Assembly (NCBI GenBank): GCA_964016885.1
Contig: OZ024740.1
Coordinates: 359,352,001 to 359,416,000, forward strand
Direction: 5' to 3'
Length of the DNA stretch: 64,000 nt
Source of the DNA: Eledone cirrhosa
Lineage: Eukaryota
Shown: piece by piece, positions 1 to 14,167 of the stretch
How positions within the stretch are numbered: position 1 is the first letter of the stretch
Layout of the letters: every line of letters starts with the position of its first letter
Position numbers and translations under genes: made by a program
Notes under the pieces: generated by a model
Databases searched by the model: none
What the model was told of the DNA's origin: nothing
The model's input: only the letters and a program-made list of their open reading frames with translations

Positions 1-100
1 AAGGCAAAGTTAACTTCGGCGGGATTTGAACTCAGACCATAAAGGACCGTAACTCTTTGCTGCAAAGCATGGCGTCCGACCCTCTACCGATACTGCCAAT
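1..100 (-). mobile_element. tRNA-derived SINE family 1 (partial, runs off the window)
   Basis: Reverse complement of attggcagtatcggtagagggtcggacgccatgc...gagttcaaatcccgccga. Confidence 0.8.
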
Positions 101-647
101 AATGATGACCCATCTGTGTATGTGTATGTGTGTATATGTGAGTGTATGTGTGTGTATGCAAATATATAATACAAAGAAGCATTTAGTTTTATCATTCAAA
201 TAAGTTTCTGTAAACCTCAAGTTTCTAACTTAAAATCTAATTTATGTGAAAGAAATGAATAGCAAGCAATTACTTTGCTTCCAAGTAACATTCTATTGGT
301 TGTAGAACGAGATTTTTAAAACCAAGAACGTCAATCATCTTCTATACTTGTGATTTGAAAGACATCTTAATTTAAGAAAGACGTGCTGTGTTGGGTAGTG
401 TCGAGCGTCGTGGCTTAGAGGTAAGCTTCTCCTGAATTAAGCCGACTTCATAGCAATTTCTTGTTTGAAGTAATTTTTTTAATTGACGCAAAGAGGGTAT
501 TAGAAATATAATTCAGATGGACATGTGTATTCGGGCTATTTCTGTTTTAATGCACTGGTTTTCATCGCATGTTGATATATACAGTTACTGCTCAGAAAAG
601 AAGTGCATTTCACGTTCAATTCCGAATCACTCACAAAATTCTTTAAA

Positions 648-693
<46 letters not shown>

Positions 694-738
694 GAACAGA
701 CGATAGATAGATGGACAGACAAATATAGATAGGGAGAC

Positions 739-776
<38 letters not shown>

Positions 777-1067
777 TGCCGTAGTTACCGAATAGTGCTC
801 GTATTTTCTAGTTGTCAGAATCACTTTGCTGAATAGAGTCAAGACCCAGAATTTTTCACATGCTTTCAGTTACAATGCGATTCGGAACATGAAATCGAAC
901 ATAAAGATTAAGTTCAAAGGATAGACTGAAATGAATAACCCGATATTCCATTCAATTTGAAGTTAGTAAATACATATATTTACAGATAGACTGGAATTTT
1001 GAGTGTTAATCTCCGATAAAAAGAGAGGAGATGCTAACCTTTCGAGTAGTACTTTAATACCATGTTG

Positions 1068-1129
<62 letters not shown>

Positions 1130-1153
1130 ATCTCTCTCTCCCGCTCTCTCTCT

Positions 1154-1226
<73 letters not shown>

Positions 1227-3186
1227 ACAAAATAACTGACTTTCAAATTTTTGAATGTTTTAAACTTTTAGTTAATAAGCGCCAATAATAATACCTATAC
1301 ATGGTCTCTCAACCCGTTAAAAGTAGCACCCAAATAACACTCAGATCACGAAATATTACTGTCCTTAAAAATAGGACATATTGAAAAGAAAATGGAACAA
1401 TCAAGACTGGAACACCTAATTTGTATGAATCATGGCTGGTCTGATGCTAAACAACAACAGCAGCTGTCTATACCCAAGAGATATCAGTTAATTTGTTTGA
1501 GTTTCTGCAGTGTTTCCGCAAATAAACATTTTCTTTTCAAGTGGAAACGACTAGTCCTTTACTAAAAGACAGGGCCAGATTTTAATGACTGGAGGGTAAA
1601 ACTAAATTCTGTAAATCTTTTCATCCTGTGCACTGATATTTTAGTTAATAAGCTGTCTATACAGTGCTAAATTGATTGAAAGAATCATTGTATATTACTG
1701 GTATTTATTTGGTTGATCAAAGAGACATGAAAAATAAAGTCGTTCCCTCATACTACTTGGAATGTAAACTCAGAGTAGTGAAACTGAACACTGCAATGTC
1801 TAAAATCCGATATACGGAATACGGAACTATATCAAACGTCACTTTTTTTCCACTCAAAAGTATTGTCCTTAAATGAAGACAAGATTGCTGTATAAGTGAT
1901 TAAATCAATGTTTTCACTTTATCTTTATATTATAGAAGGAATTTATTCGCGGCTTAAATATTTAGAATTTAACTGATTGTTTTAAATTGTGCTCAAGGCA
2001 TAACGTTTGCCATTGTTAGAAGTGATGGACAAAAGAATAAGAATTGGCATTCGATGTCATTAGTTGAAATATATTTATGGTAACAAATAATTTTCGAAGA
2101 TATTAATCATTTTCGAAAATATTAATATGATTTCTATTCATAGGAAGTCAATTTAAAATCTCATCAGAAATTGTCTATATCTAAAGGTGGCAATGAGTAA
2201 TAAAAGCGAATTGAATTCTTTCTATCCCAACGTTTGAGGTTACGTAATATTTAGATTTTAGAAAGAAGTAAGTGGATTTTGCATATTATATTGTAACAGT
2301 ACTAATATAATATCGTAGCATTACTCACTGATTTATTTGATGAAGCACATCATGTTTTATTTTCAAAGAAAAATACAAATCCGGCTATTTTTATGTTTTT
2401 ACAAATCCGGCTATTTTTCAGTTCAGCTTTGGTTAAGCTGACATATGAGTAATAAATACTGGGTTTTTTTCCATCGCACAGTACATCCACGACCGCATTA
2501 TCCAATACAATCTTCTATTCTTAGATATATCAGTGTGGTGATAAAAAAAAAAAACTGGTACAATACAACAGCAACACCATGCTTATCCATATTAAACTGA
2601 GTTATATTATCTTACACAATACCCAGCTTGCATTTCGTATTTTACGAAAACGATGAAATAGTACCAAACAAAGTAGTGGGATCGGTGTGACCAAATAAAG
2701 CCCTTAAAAGAAGTATGCCAATGTCTAAAGATTGATACCCGCAAAGTAATAAAGAAAAGAATAAAAATATCATATACAATCTCTAAAACAGAATTTTGTT
2801 GATAGATAATTCTTTCTCCATTGTGATAAATTGCTGCTTTAAGTCAAATCAACGCCATTAAGTTAGGAACACGGCCTTCACACGTCTTTTCTACTATCTA
2901 TTCAGTAGGTACGATACTATTAAGATAGTGTTGTTGATTAAATAAATTTCAATTAAACATACTGCAAACTATTTAGTCCGGAACTCTACTGTTGTATGAG
3001 GCTCCCTTTCAGAATTTTATAAATAATAATAGTGATACCTAAACATACACACACACGTGCACACTTGTATGTATATATGTATAAATATATATGTGTTGTG
3101 TGTGTTGTGTGTGCGTGCGCGTGTGTGTACGTGTATCTGTGTGTATAACATCATTTCTCTAATTTAATTTCAAATTCTATTTTTAA

Positions 3187-4089
3187 CTAGCAGTGGTACC
3201 CGGCGTTGCACGGGATAACGTATTTTGGAACGCGGGCCACCAACAGACCTAATCGGGGAAAAACTGCATGCCTCGACAATATGTAAAGAAAATAAACCGA
3301 ATATTCTGATGGCTGGATAATCTTTAAAATTTTCCTCGATGAAACAGGAAAAATGCAGGTTTTCACCTAATGCACCAAGAAAAGGATTTTTTTTTATGTG
3401 CATAATATGCCTTGAAATTTCGGGAAAATCGGCTAGACGTAACGCCTAAAAAAGCCCTAAAAAACTGAAAAAATGAAGTTTTTCACCTAATGTGAGCCCT
3501 AGGCCATAAAAACGTAGGATTTTCTTTGCTAAAAGACTGACTAATACATAGTTACAATTTCAAGGAAATCGGTCTGATGTAACGCCTCAAAATACCCATA
3601 AAAAAGCTGAAAAAACGCAGTTTTTCACCTGGTGGTGGCCCTAAAAAGTGGTGGCCCTAAAAAGGGCCATATGAGCGTTCACTTGTAGCCCTTAATAGTG
3701 AGTTTGACTGCGTTCTCTGACATTTGAAGGAAGGTGTTACGGTTGCTTCCACTGGTAGCCTTTAGGATGAATCAGAATGCGTTCGCGGTCCGTTTAACAG
3801 CCATACATTGACGCGCCAAACAGATAGTATAAGGGCGCGACGTTATATGTATGTATCTATCTAAAAAGAGAAAGACTAAGAATTATAGAGAGAGATCGCT
3901 AAATCGCCTAATGTGGCCCCTGGGGCATTGAACATTTGAAATTTTCTTTGCTCAGAACACTCCCTGAAACATAAGTATTACATGTGTAAAGTTTAAAAAC
4001 AGTCGGTTGGGTGCTTCTCGAGTTTTAGGGATTCAAACTCACACACACATACACACACAGACAAACATCCTCAGTTTTATGTATATAGA
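3187..4089 (-). mobile_element. Non-autonomous Helitron
   Basis: Minus strand starts a|TCtatatacataaaactgag and ends with hairpin cccgtgcaacgccggg plus CTAG|t (AT target). Internal imperfect ~120-bp repeats (tttcacctaatg...gtaacgcct). Confidence 0.8.
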
Positions 4090-4661
4090 TGTTGATTTCT
4101 TCGATTTGAGCGTTCTTGCAATTTATCAACGTATGAACTATATCAAAACAGGAAACAGATTCAGCAAATCAATTTAAGTGACAAGCAAACATCCAAATAG
4201 AATTTTAAAAAAAACACCAAAACTAGAAGAAAACGAATCATAGGTACAAAAAGGGAGAGGGAGAGAGAGAGGCGGTAGAAGGAGAAAGAGAGAGGGATGA
4301 TGGGTGAGAGAAGGAGAAGGAAATAGCCCCGGAAAAATAATGTATGCCATGCAGAAATAAACAGGATATAAAACAACCAGATCAAAACAGGATAAACAAT
4401 ACATTAGAAATAGAAAAATGAAAGCAACTTGATATACAGAATATTTCCAAAGAACAAACGGCATAAATATGAACAACAAAGCTAGCCAATGAAATCACTG
4501 CATCAACACCGGATTTGCAGAAAATAACACAAAAAGCAGCAGGGTAAAATAATATTGAAAAACAACCAAAGAGAATGATAACCAAATGTGTACAAGTTGA
4601 GCCCATGAGAAAGAAAAAGACGCACATATATGTATATGGGATGCGTGTGTGTGCGCCTGTA

Positions 4662-4735
<74 letters not shown>

Positions 4736-4961
4736 TAATCGTGAGGTTGCCAATTCGATTCCTGGACCATGCAATGCGTTATGTCCTTCAGCAAGACACT
4801 TTATTTCACGTTGCTCCTTCTACCTGGAGTTGCGACCGATAAATAGTATTAGCAATTGGAAAGACCAACGGAAACGCTTCCTCGGTCCGATTTGACGAAA
4901 GTCGATTGACAAATTATTATTATTATACATACATACATACATACATACATACATACATACA

Positions 4962-4997
<36 letters not shown>

Positions 4998-5004
4998 TAT
5001 GTCG

Positions 5005-5225
5005 TGAAGGCGCATGGCTTAGTGGTTAGAGCATTGGGCTTGCAATCGAAAGGTTGTGAGTTCAATTCTCGGACCCGATGATTTCACGTTGCTGCAGTTT
5101 ACTCAGCTGCTGTAGAAATGAGATGATAGGACTGGGGTCCCTATCATTAAATCACCCAAGACACCTCCAACGAGATATACCTTGGAGGAGGCCAGCTAAA
5201 CCTGCATAGGTGTGAGCTGTAACAA
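5005..5225 (+). mobile_element. tRNA-derived SINE family 2
   Basis: ggcgcatggcttagtggttaga (box A) ... gagttcaattc (box B) ... atttcacgttgct. Related copies at ~4735-4900, ~19050-19390, ~42834-42980(-) and ~48540-48850. Confidence 0.7.
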
Positions 5226-5235
5226 CAACAACAAA

Positions 5236-5278
<43 letters not shown>

Positions 5279-6167
5279 GTAAGTGTGTGTGTGTGTGTAT
5301 GTGCGTATGTATGTATATATGACATGTGGATGCATGTGTGGATGCATGTGTGTACGCGTGTGTGCGCTTGCGTGCGTGCGTGCGTGCGTGCTTGTGCGTG
5401 CGTGTGCGTGTGTAATTGAGATAAAACATAGCTAGAACATTCAGAAAATGAACTTGAACAAATATTAGCGAAAATGAGACATCTTTTATAGAGACATCTA
5501 CAAGCCTGTTATTTCAGAAAACAATGCTGCGTGATAATATACTTATGGGCTGAGGACAAGTTGAGCTAGCGTTTAGTAATCATTTCATTCATACATAATA
5601 AAACTGATAAATTGGAAGTTACGTATAAAAACTGTATTGTGGTATATATTCTATCAAAGGTACAGACATTCCTGTGTCGGTCTCATACTAGAAAACGTGT
5701 CAACTCTCCCCGTCTGTCAAATCTCCCACCTACTTTGGGGGGGGTGGATGTTTTGTCTTGTGAAAATGGGTGTAAAATCTCCCCATTTTGCCTCATTTCT
5801 CCTCGTTTGGGGCACTTTTTTTCACGGTACTCCTCGTCTGGGTTTTTAGAGGTTGGCAGGTCTGCACTAGAAAAAGCAGTGAATAAATATCTGTTCTACT
5901 GGAAATCTATACCTGATGACATCATTGAACATAGAATGAATAGTATAATATAAAACAAAACTTAAATAAGTGACGGAGCATGCTGGAGAATGGAAACTTG
6001 TTGGAGCACCCTTGCAGTAACCAACTGGCAAATTCATTCCGCGGCCAACTTTCCATTCTCCACCATACTCCGTCACTTAATTAAGTTTTGTTTTAGTGGT
6101 AAGAAACTTTCAGGGGAGCTTGACAGCAGAAGGTCTTCAGAGCAGAAACCCCCTTCAAGTGAGTGTT

Positions 6168-6360
6168 GGTGGATTGGCAGTATCGGTAGAGGGTCGGACG
6201 CCATGCTTTGTAGCATAGAGTTACGCCCCTTTGCGTTCTGAGTTCAAATCCCGCCGAGGTTAACTTTACCTTTCATCCTTACAGGATCGATAAAATAAAG
6301 GACCAGTAATGCACTGGGATAATTGCTGGCCTTGTGCCAAATGTAGAAACAATTATTATT
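6168..6360 (+). mobile_element. tRNA-derived SINE family 1
   Basis: Box B GAGTTCAAATCCC, body cctttcatcctt..gatcgataaaataaag, tail gaaacaattattatt. Confidence 0.85.
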
Positions 6361-7092
6361 ACTGATATTATTCTATCCCTATTTTTCTAGTTTCAGTACT
6401 GTACTGCAGCCTCGCTGGGGTACGGACTATAAAGTGTACTTGATCATATTTTAGTCTGCTACGTATTTCATCGATCTCTGTTTGTCGAAATTACAAAGCT
6501 ACTTATTTTATTGATCTTAATGTTACATAACAAATTCAGAAAGAATTTGATGAAACTTTAAAAGGTTTTTACTATCGATTCGTAGCCAAAGGATAAGCAG
6601 AGTGACTTAACCTCTGCATGTGACAGGCATTGTTTCTCAACAAGGGAAAAACTCGCAAAGACAACTTTTACAGTTTTTAAACTCGGGACATATAAATCGT
6701 GTTTATCAGATTTACCATATCTCGTTGAGTTGTTGTATTTGCGTAGTCTATATAATAGGATATATTAGCCTGGTTAAGTTCAACATTCTTATAGATTATG
6801 GTTAAAATGTTTCCCATTTTGCTGAAGCAAGTGTAATTGATTTGATGGTACAGCAATATAAATTTTAAACAAGGTACCCATACATGTGACACTATTTCCA
6901 TTCAATCATCCACCTTCAACATTTCACTATATATGGATGTGGTTTAATGAATATCTTTGATTAAACATATTAGGCAGAAAACCCGATTATATTGCGTTCT
7001 AATCTTTATTTTTCCTCTAAAAATAAAACATTAATCTATCTTTGTCCGGAAACTGGCAGAATTATCTAATAACCTTATATTTATTTATACAG

Positions 7093-7275
7093 TAAATGGT
7101 TCCATTCGTCACTATAATATCTTAGATCTACTAGATGGCAAATTCAATACAGAAACGGAATATAATATGACGGAACTTCCACCTGAAACTGTAGAACATC
7201 TTTGGGACTATATCCGGCCACGCAGCAAAGATTTTATGGCTTCCAGGCCACCAATTATGTGTCAGCCTATGCCAG
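7093..7275 (+). CDS. rk: Coding exon (hinge region) of a type-B LGR / bursicon receptor-like GPCR
   Basis: Acceptor tttatttatacag| at 7092 (alternative in-frame cttag| at 7125). Open frame NGSIRHYNILDLLDGKFNTETEYNMTELPPETVEHLWDYIRPRSKDFMASRPPIMCQPMP. Donor ccag|gtaaat in phase 1, which joins 39602 to give CQPMPDPFLPCDDLF, the conserved LGR hinge CxPxP(G/D)PFxPC motif. Confidence 0.8.
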
Positions 7276-7427
7276 GTAAATGAAGTTTATGACTATAGTT
7301 GTTTGTGTTTCTATATATTTGTATGTATATTTATGTATGTCGATTGTTATTCTCTTTCTTTCCTTGGTGCTTTCTCTCCCTTTCACTCCTCTTTCACTTT
7401 CTCTTTATCTCTCTTTCTCTCTCACAA

Positions 7428-7472
<45 letters not shown>

Positions 7473-7477
7473 ATTAT

Positions 7478-7527
<50 letters not shown>

Positions 7528-8707
7528 ATAATTTCCGTTATTCTGTTAAATGAAACTATGAATCTGACACTGTTCATGTTTTTCATTTCAACTCAATAAA
7601 TCAGACGATATAAACATGTGTTCACGTATAAACTGAATAATCACTAACACCAACGATGCTAGTATATAGTATATTTGTCGCTATTGTGCAATAGATGCTG
7701 CTTTATACATGTTACTATTATTTTTATTGCGGACACTGTTGCTTGGTTCAGGTATTGCTACTACTTTTATCGGTAGTATGATAGCATCGGTTGCTGTTAC
7801 TGCTACTGTGGTTACTGCGGCTGCTGTTTCTGCGGCTACATTTCGTACGGATACAATTTTTTTTCAGCACGTCATACTAATGTTATTGAATTTTTCATCC
7901 ATTGGAAGTAAGTCTAATATCATATAGCAGAAAATAGATGTGATGAGTCAATGGAATCAATCGAACTATATAACTAGTAATTATTTTATCTATGCCGGAG
8001 GAATGAAAACCAAAAATATATTGTATTAGTTAATGTATCTAGTTCAATGAGTTTCATTTCTGTATTCAAATTGCATCGATAAAGGCTTCAGCTTTTATTT
8101 TCTGCCATTAGATATGATATAAAAAGTTCTGTTTAGTGAAAGTTAACTTATTCTACAAAACTTGCCTTGAAACTAATCAAATGAAAGCAATGTAAAATAA
8201 AGAATAAAATGTACTTATCTATTTATTAATTTCAAGAACGTCAGTATTCCGTGTGTCATAATTCTCGATTATCATTGGTTCATAGGTTTCAAACGACTCC
8301 ACCCACCTAAACGACGCCAAACTGAAATTAATATGCTTAATGCCAATGAAGTAGTGAGCGGGGAGAGTGTGAACGCTGTGTTCAATAACTATTAACATGT
8401 GTGCGTGTGTATGTACGTGCGCGTATGTTTATGTGTGTGTGTGTGTGCGTGCGTGCAGCGTTCCACAGAAAGTAAAAACAATCAACATGTGTGAGTGCAC
8501 GGGTGCGTGTGTAAGTTTGCGTGCATGTGCGCGTTTCCATGCGTGCTTGTGTGGCGTTCCACAATCGCCACGCAGTTTATCTGTCTGTGTGCTTGTCTGT
8601 CAGTCTAACATACACAGAGTTGTGAGGGGAGTAAATAGGGACCTTTCTTTACGTTGACGGACATCTTTTATATTTATCATTCTGTAATGTTTTGACAATT
8701 GCTCGAA

Positions 8708-11700
8708 ATGAATACTGATAATAAAAGCAATTCGACTTTATCAAGCAGTGAACTACAGCGGCGACGGCGTGCAGCCAGCAATGATGAAAAATAGGCCGAG
8801 CAGCGCCATCGGAACGCTAAACTTCAGAGGCGAAGACGTGCCGCCATAAATGAAGAGGGGCTGGCTGATCAATGCCAACGAAACACTGGAGCCAAGCAGC
8901 GACGGCGTGCTGCGATGGTTGAAGACGAACTGGCTGAGCATCATCAGCAGATGGCCAGAAATCAGCAGCAACGGCGTGCTGCGATGGATGAAGAGGAGCT
9001 GGCTGAACAGCGCCAGCGCAATACAGAAGTTCAGAGAATGTGTCGCCAAAGTGAGCCTCATTCCAGTAAAGAGGCTAGAAGGCGAACGAATGATATTAAA
9101 AATGGATCATGGCAACCGTGTCATTTTCAGATTGGTGGACGAGTAGAGTGTCCACATTGTGGTGCATTGCTTTGGATGCACGAAAAGACGTGAACCACAA
9201 TGTGCTCTCATATAGGAGCAGTTCAACTAGAACCCTTGCAAATGCCGGATGATGAGGAGTCACCGGATTTTAAAATACTAAGTATGTGGGTGATCGAGGA
9301 AACCGATGTAGATTACTGCGCAAATATTCGCGGCAAATTACCAATTCATTAGTTTTAGCATCGCAGAGAGTTAGTGAGATGTTTGAGAGTGGAGCATGGC
9401 AACCGAATGTAGTCATTCAAGGCCGTTTGTATCATGTATCGGTAATTTAGAAGTTACCTCAGGAGAGAGGCCTCGATTCGCTCAAATTTACGTTAACGAT
9501 CCAGATTATAGTGAATCGGAGGAGGATATCAGAATCGGTTGGATGAAGTTGCCGGGAAATATAGCTGAACTTGAACGGCAAATGTTAAGTGATTTGATAC
9601 GTGATTTGCAATCATGGCTTAGACAGTGTAATCCTTATGTTATGGATTTCATGTTGGTGGCTGAACCGCAAAATGTTCAGCAGCAAACATTGGTGATTAA
9701 GGCTGACGCAATCAGGAACTGAAGGATTTCGTGAAGTTGCTGTGTTGATGGACGATAAGCCTGGATCGAGAGATATCGTCCTCAATCGCAAAGATGGTGG
9801 TCTCAAGACTATCAATGAGTCAAATAGGGCATACGATCCATTGCGTTATGTTCTTTTATTCCCAAAAGGTGAAAATGGATGGAACATGTCTGTTAATTTA
9901 GATGATCATGAGAATCAGCATCAACAGGGAGGTGGCAATAGACACAATAATTCGATTCGCGACTTTTACGCGTTCCATTTGAACGAGAGGAATCAACAGA
10001 GAAATGCGCTATTTCAAGCCAGCAGATTGTTCCAGGAATACTGTTGTATGGCATTCGCAAAGATCGAAAATCAAAGGCTAAATTATATAGCTACACATCA
10101 GCAACATATCAGAGCTGAATTGTATAATAATATACAGGATGCGATAACAGCCGATGATGTCAATTACAAGCAAATTGGTCGACGCATCATTTTGCCATCG
10201 TCGTTCATCGGCGGCCCGAGATATATGAACATTCGCTATCAGGATGCAATGGCTATTGTCAGAAAGTTTGGAAAGCCAGATTTGTTTATAACGGTTGCAT
10301 GCAATCCTGAATGGATTGATATTAAGGATGCACTTTTTCCAGGACAACAGCCAAGGGACCGTCCTGATATTGTGCACTACGCAACTTGGTGGCAAAGTCA
10401 ATGGTGCACAACCAATGCAGAGTGGAAAATTGGAAAGCGCCTTGCATGAAAAATGGCAAATGCAGTAAGCACTTTCCGAAATCTTTTGTCACGAACACTT
10501 CCTGGAACGATGGGGATGCTCATCCCTCATACAGAAGACGGTCGCCTGCAGATGGCGGTTTGGTCGAAAATGTAAACAGTCGACAGGTTACAAATCAATG
10601 GGTTGTGCCATACAATCCATATTTGATTATGAAATATCGTTGTCATATTAATGTGGAAATTTGTAGCTCAGTGAAAGCTTGCAAATATCTATTCAAATAT
10701 GTTTACAAAGGTCATGATCGGGCAATGATCAATGTCAGGAATGAGGAAGCGAACCAAGGAGATGAAGTTGGCAGGTTCCAAGATGTTCGTTCGATTGTAT
10801 CTAGCGAAGCTTGCTGGAGATTGTTCGATTTTGATCTCAATGAATGCAAACCCAGCGTTCAGAAACTGACGGTTCACTTATAGAATAGGCAAATGGTCTG
10901 TTTTCAGGTCACTGGAAGAAGTGTCGAAAGAATTGCTAATGCACCACTTCCTAAGAATTGACTGAGTGGTTCAAGCATAATAGGGAACATGCTTTGAACC
11001 CGGATCAAAAGCAACTCTACTGCGATTTCCCTTCGCACTATACGTGGGATAAGAAGGGAAAGAAATGGAATGATAGAAATCAAAAGTTGAGATTCATGAC
11101 TATTGGACGGGTTTGTAATGTCCATCCAGCATCTGGTGATGTGTTTTATCTCTGAATTCTGTTGCATAATGATTTTTCGAGAGGTAAACAGAGCTTCGCT
11201 GATTTGAAAACAATCAATGGCGTGAAATATGAAACATACCAGGCTATGTGTCAGCATCTGGGACTCCTTCAGGATGACGCTGAATGGAATAACGCCATGG
11301 AAGCTGCAGGAACAACACAGATGCCAGCTCAAATAAGGCAGTTGTTTGTCACGATTCTAGGATTCTGCAATCCTGCCGATCCAAGAGAGTTATTTGAACG
11401 CCATTGGGGAATTATGGCTAATGATTTTAGGCATCATCTTCAGGTCGATGATGAAAATTTGATGAAAGCTATTGTTTTGCTCAATATTGAGCAACTGCTT
11501 GAAGTTCATTTCAAATGTTTAACAGATTCAATTTGCCAATTCCTGATGAAGAAATGCGGCAACGTGTCTTAGCATTGAACATGAGATTGCAGCTTAGACG
11601 GTTGCCACTCGATCGGAGGGAACTATTCCAGTTTGATCCACTGGAACAGCAACGTATTGTGGATGAACGTATACCAATGTTGACCCAATCTCAGAGAGAA

Positions 11701-13056
11701 TTGGGCGATGGCGTTCTCCATTCGATTTCCAATAATGAGCAACTTTGTGCTTTCATAGATGCTCCAAGAGGCACCGGAAAGACATTCTGTTTCAACACTA
11801 TGTTATCGGCAGTCAGAGCTCAGAGGAAGATTGCTCTCCCTGTGGCCACCAGTGGGATCGCTGGCATTTTGCTGAGTGGTGGAAGGACCTTCCACTCATG
11901 CTTCAAGGCTCCATTGGCTCCGGATGAGTTGGGTGTCTGTAAGATAACAAGACAAAGTGAACTCGCGGGCCTTATACGCAATAGGTCTCTGATTATTTGG
12001 GACGAGGCTCCAATGGCACACATATATTTGCTGGAGGCATTGGACAGAACTTTGAGAGATATCTGTGGTACTGACCTGCCATTCGGTGGTAAGACTATCG
12101 TTCTTGGTGCCGATTTCAGGCAAGTGCTACCAATTGTTAGGAATGCTCAAAGAGCGCAAATTGTCGATGCATATCTGAAAAAGTCCCCGTTGTGGTGCCA
12201 TTTCAGAGTTTTGCGATTACACGATAATATGCGACTTCGTATGCTCGGGCAAAACGAAGAGGCGGAGACATACGGCCGATGGTTGATGCAGTTGGGAAAC
12301 AATGAATTGCCACGCGTTGGTGATAATCAGACTGTAAGAATCCCAGACCATTTGGTCATGCCACTGGACCGCCAAGTATTGATTGACTGGGTGTTCCCTA
12401 ACTTGAGTGCTTTTTGGCAGAATATCTCCTGGATATCGGAACGCGTTATTCTAACTCATACGAACGCAACGGTCGATGAAATAAATTCACAAGTAGCCGG
12501 AATGTTTCCTGGATAGGAATTGTTGACCGTCAGTGCGGATGCAATGGAGCCTAATCAGCAGAACAATATGGATGTTCCGACTGAGTATCTGAATTCACCT
12601 CAAATACCCGGATTTCTCCCACATATTTTGAGGTTGAAAAAGGGTATGCCGATTATATTGCTTAGAAATATCAATCATGAAATGGGTCTTTGCAATGGTA
12701 CCAGATTGATTGTTGAGAGATTTATTAACGGGAGAGTTTTAGAAGCTAAACTCCCAGGCAGAGAGGAATCGGTTCTCATTCCGAGGATGATGCTGAGATC
12801 AAGTGAAGAACTGCTGCCATTCATTTAGCAAAGGAGACAGTTTCCCGTCAATTTGGCCTTCTCCATGACTGTCAACAAGGCACAGGGACATACTTTCAAG
12901 CGAGTCGGTATCTACTTGAATGATCCAGCATTCAGCCATGGGCAACTGTATGTTGCTGCATCTCGAGTGTGCGATCCTGATGGTATAAAATTTGCACTTG
13001 ATACCACTAACAGAGGAACAACCCTGAATATTGTCTGTAATGAAGCTTTGAGCTGA
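8708..13056 (+). pseudogene. Helitron Rep-helicase (HUH Rep + Pif1-family SF1 helicase), disrupted by frameshifts, stops and a deletion
   Basis: Zn-finger CPHCGALLW, YDPLRYVLLFPKG, ILPSSFIGGPRYM, Rep motif 1 KPDLFITVACNP, motif 3 KYLFKYVYKG. Helicase motifs DAPRGTGKT, IWDEAPM, GADFRQVLP, NMRL, CNGTRL, AFSMTVNKAQG, FSHGQLYVAASRV. Spread over many broken ORFs. Confidence 0.95.
8750..9030 (+). repeat. ~66-bp coding tandem repeat at the RepHel N-terminus (QRRRRAAMxEEELAEQRQRN-like)
   Basis: Recurrent cagcgacggcgtgctgcgatgg...ctggctga units, also present at 14740-14928. Confidence 0.7.
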
Positions 13057-13086
13057 TGTATGCATATCTTTAATGCTATCAATAAG

Positions 13087-13420
13087 CGACGTAAATGATT
13101 CGGACATTGGTGTCCTTTGATCAGTATTGTGAGCTTTGACAGAGTTATCATTTATGTTCAATGTCATTTAATGTCGTTATGAACAATAAAAACAAACAAG
13201 TATTGGTAAAAATTGCTTTCACTGCTATGTTGCGCAATAAATACCAACAAGTATTGGTAGAAATTTCCCTCACTCCTATGAATATTCGACGTAAATGATT
13301 CAGACATTGGTGTCCTTTGATCAGTATTGTGAGCTTTGACAGAGTTATCATTTCTGTTCAATGTCATTTATTGTCGATAATGAGCAATAAAAACCAACAA
13401 GTATTGGTAGAAATTGCCTT
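13087..13420 (+). repeat. ~200-bp tandem duplication in the Helitron 3' region
   Basis: cgacgtaaatgattc(g/a)gacattggtgtcctttgatcagtattgtgagctttgacagagttatc occurs at ~13087 and ~13287. Confidence 0.85.
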
Positions 13421-14167
13421 CAAATTTATCGCTTCTGATTGCGGTGGTAATAAAACCTCATCATATGCTGAGTCTGGCAAAAACTTTGGTGCCTATGGCG
13501 GGCCAGTGCTAGAGTAATATTGAAAAACGATTCTATTTTCGAAGTAGAAGGATCCGCCATTTGGAGTTCAAACCAGGCCACTCCCCCGAGTTGAACTCTG
13601 GGCAATGTTGACTGTCTATTACTCAGTGGCTAAGAGCCTGGAAATTACTGAATAAATTTTTGTGTCATATAATTTGTTGTTTTATTATTTAGCTGACCAC
13701 TTATAGATAAGCATGTTATCCATATCCATATTAATTTGACATTTGTATAAACCATTTCAAGTAAATAGGGACCTTTTTTACATTGACAGACATCTTTTAT
13801 ATTAATTATCTATATCTATATCTACATATAATATAAAAGATTGGAACTTCCATCATCCTTTTGAGAAACGTGGAACAACCACGTCTATGCAATGATACAC
13901 GTTTTACAGTCAGGCAGAAGATGAACCATCTCCTAGAGGTCACTATTCTAGGTGGGAGCACCTAGAATTGTTCATATACTATGCACAAACCGTACAACGA
14001 AGAATCTGGTATATCTGGAAGATTGTTTTTGCTGTTTTGGGTATCACACAAACACCACGGACTCGCCTCATACTGTAACCAGACAAACATCCAATACAGT
14101 CATTTTCTCTTTTACCTATCTTCACTTATCGTCTGTTTACCCGGGCAAAGCTGGGTACGTCAACTAG

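Larger units (their letters stand above)
8218..14167 (+). mobile_element. Formerly autonomous Helitron (unit 1 of a tandem pair)
   Basis: 5' a|TCtatttattaatttc at 8218. RepHel pseudogene inside. 3' hairpin acccgggcaaagctgggt then CTAG at 14164-14167. Confidence 0.85.

Noticed and set aside
5908-5947. tatac CTGATGA...GAA ta gtata hammerhead-like string
   Set aside because: Stem III and the GAAA are incomplete and stem II pairs poorly, so at most a decayed remnant.
6168-6260. tRNA-like box A/B sequences
   Set aside because: They are heads of dispersed SINEs with common non-tRNA bodies and tails, and no full cloverleaf is evident.
6586-6770. Possible additional upstream receptor exon after ttcgtag
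   Set aside because: No LRR or hinge similarity and no convincing donor site.
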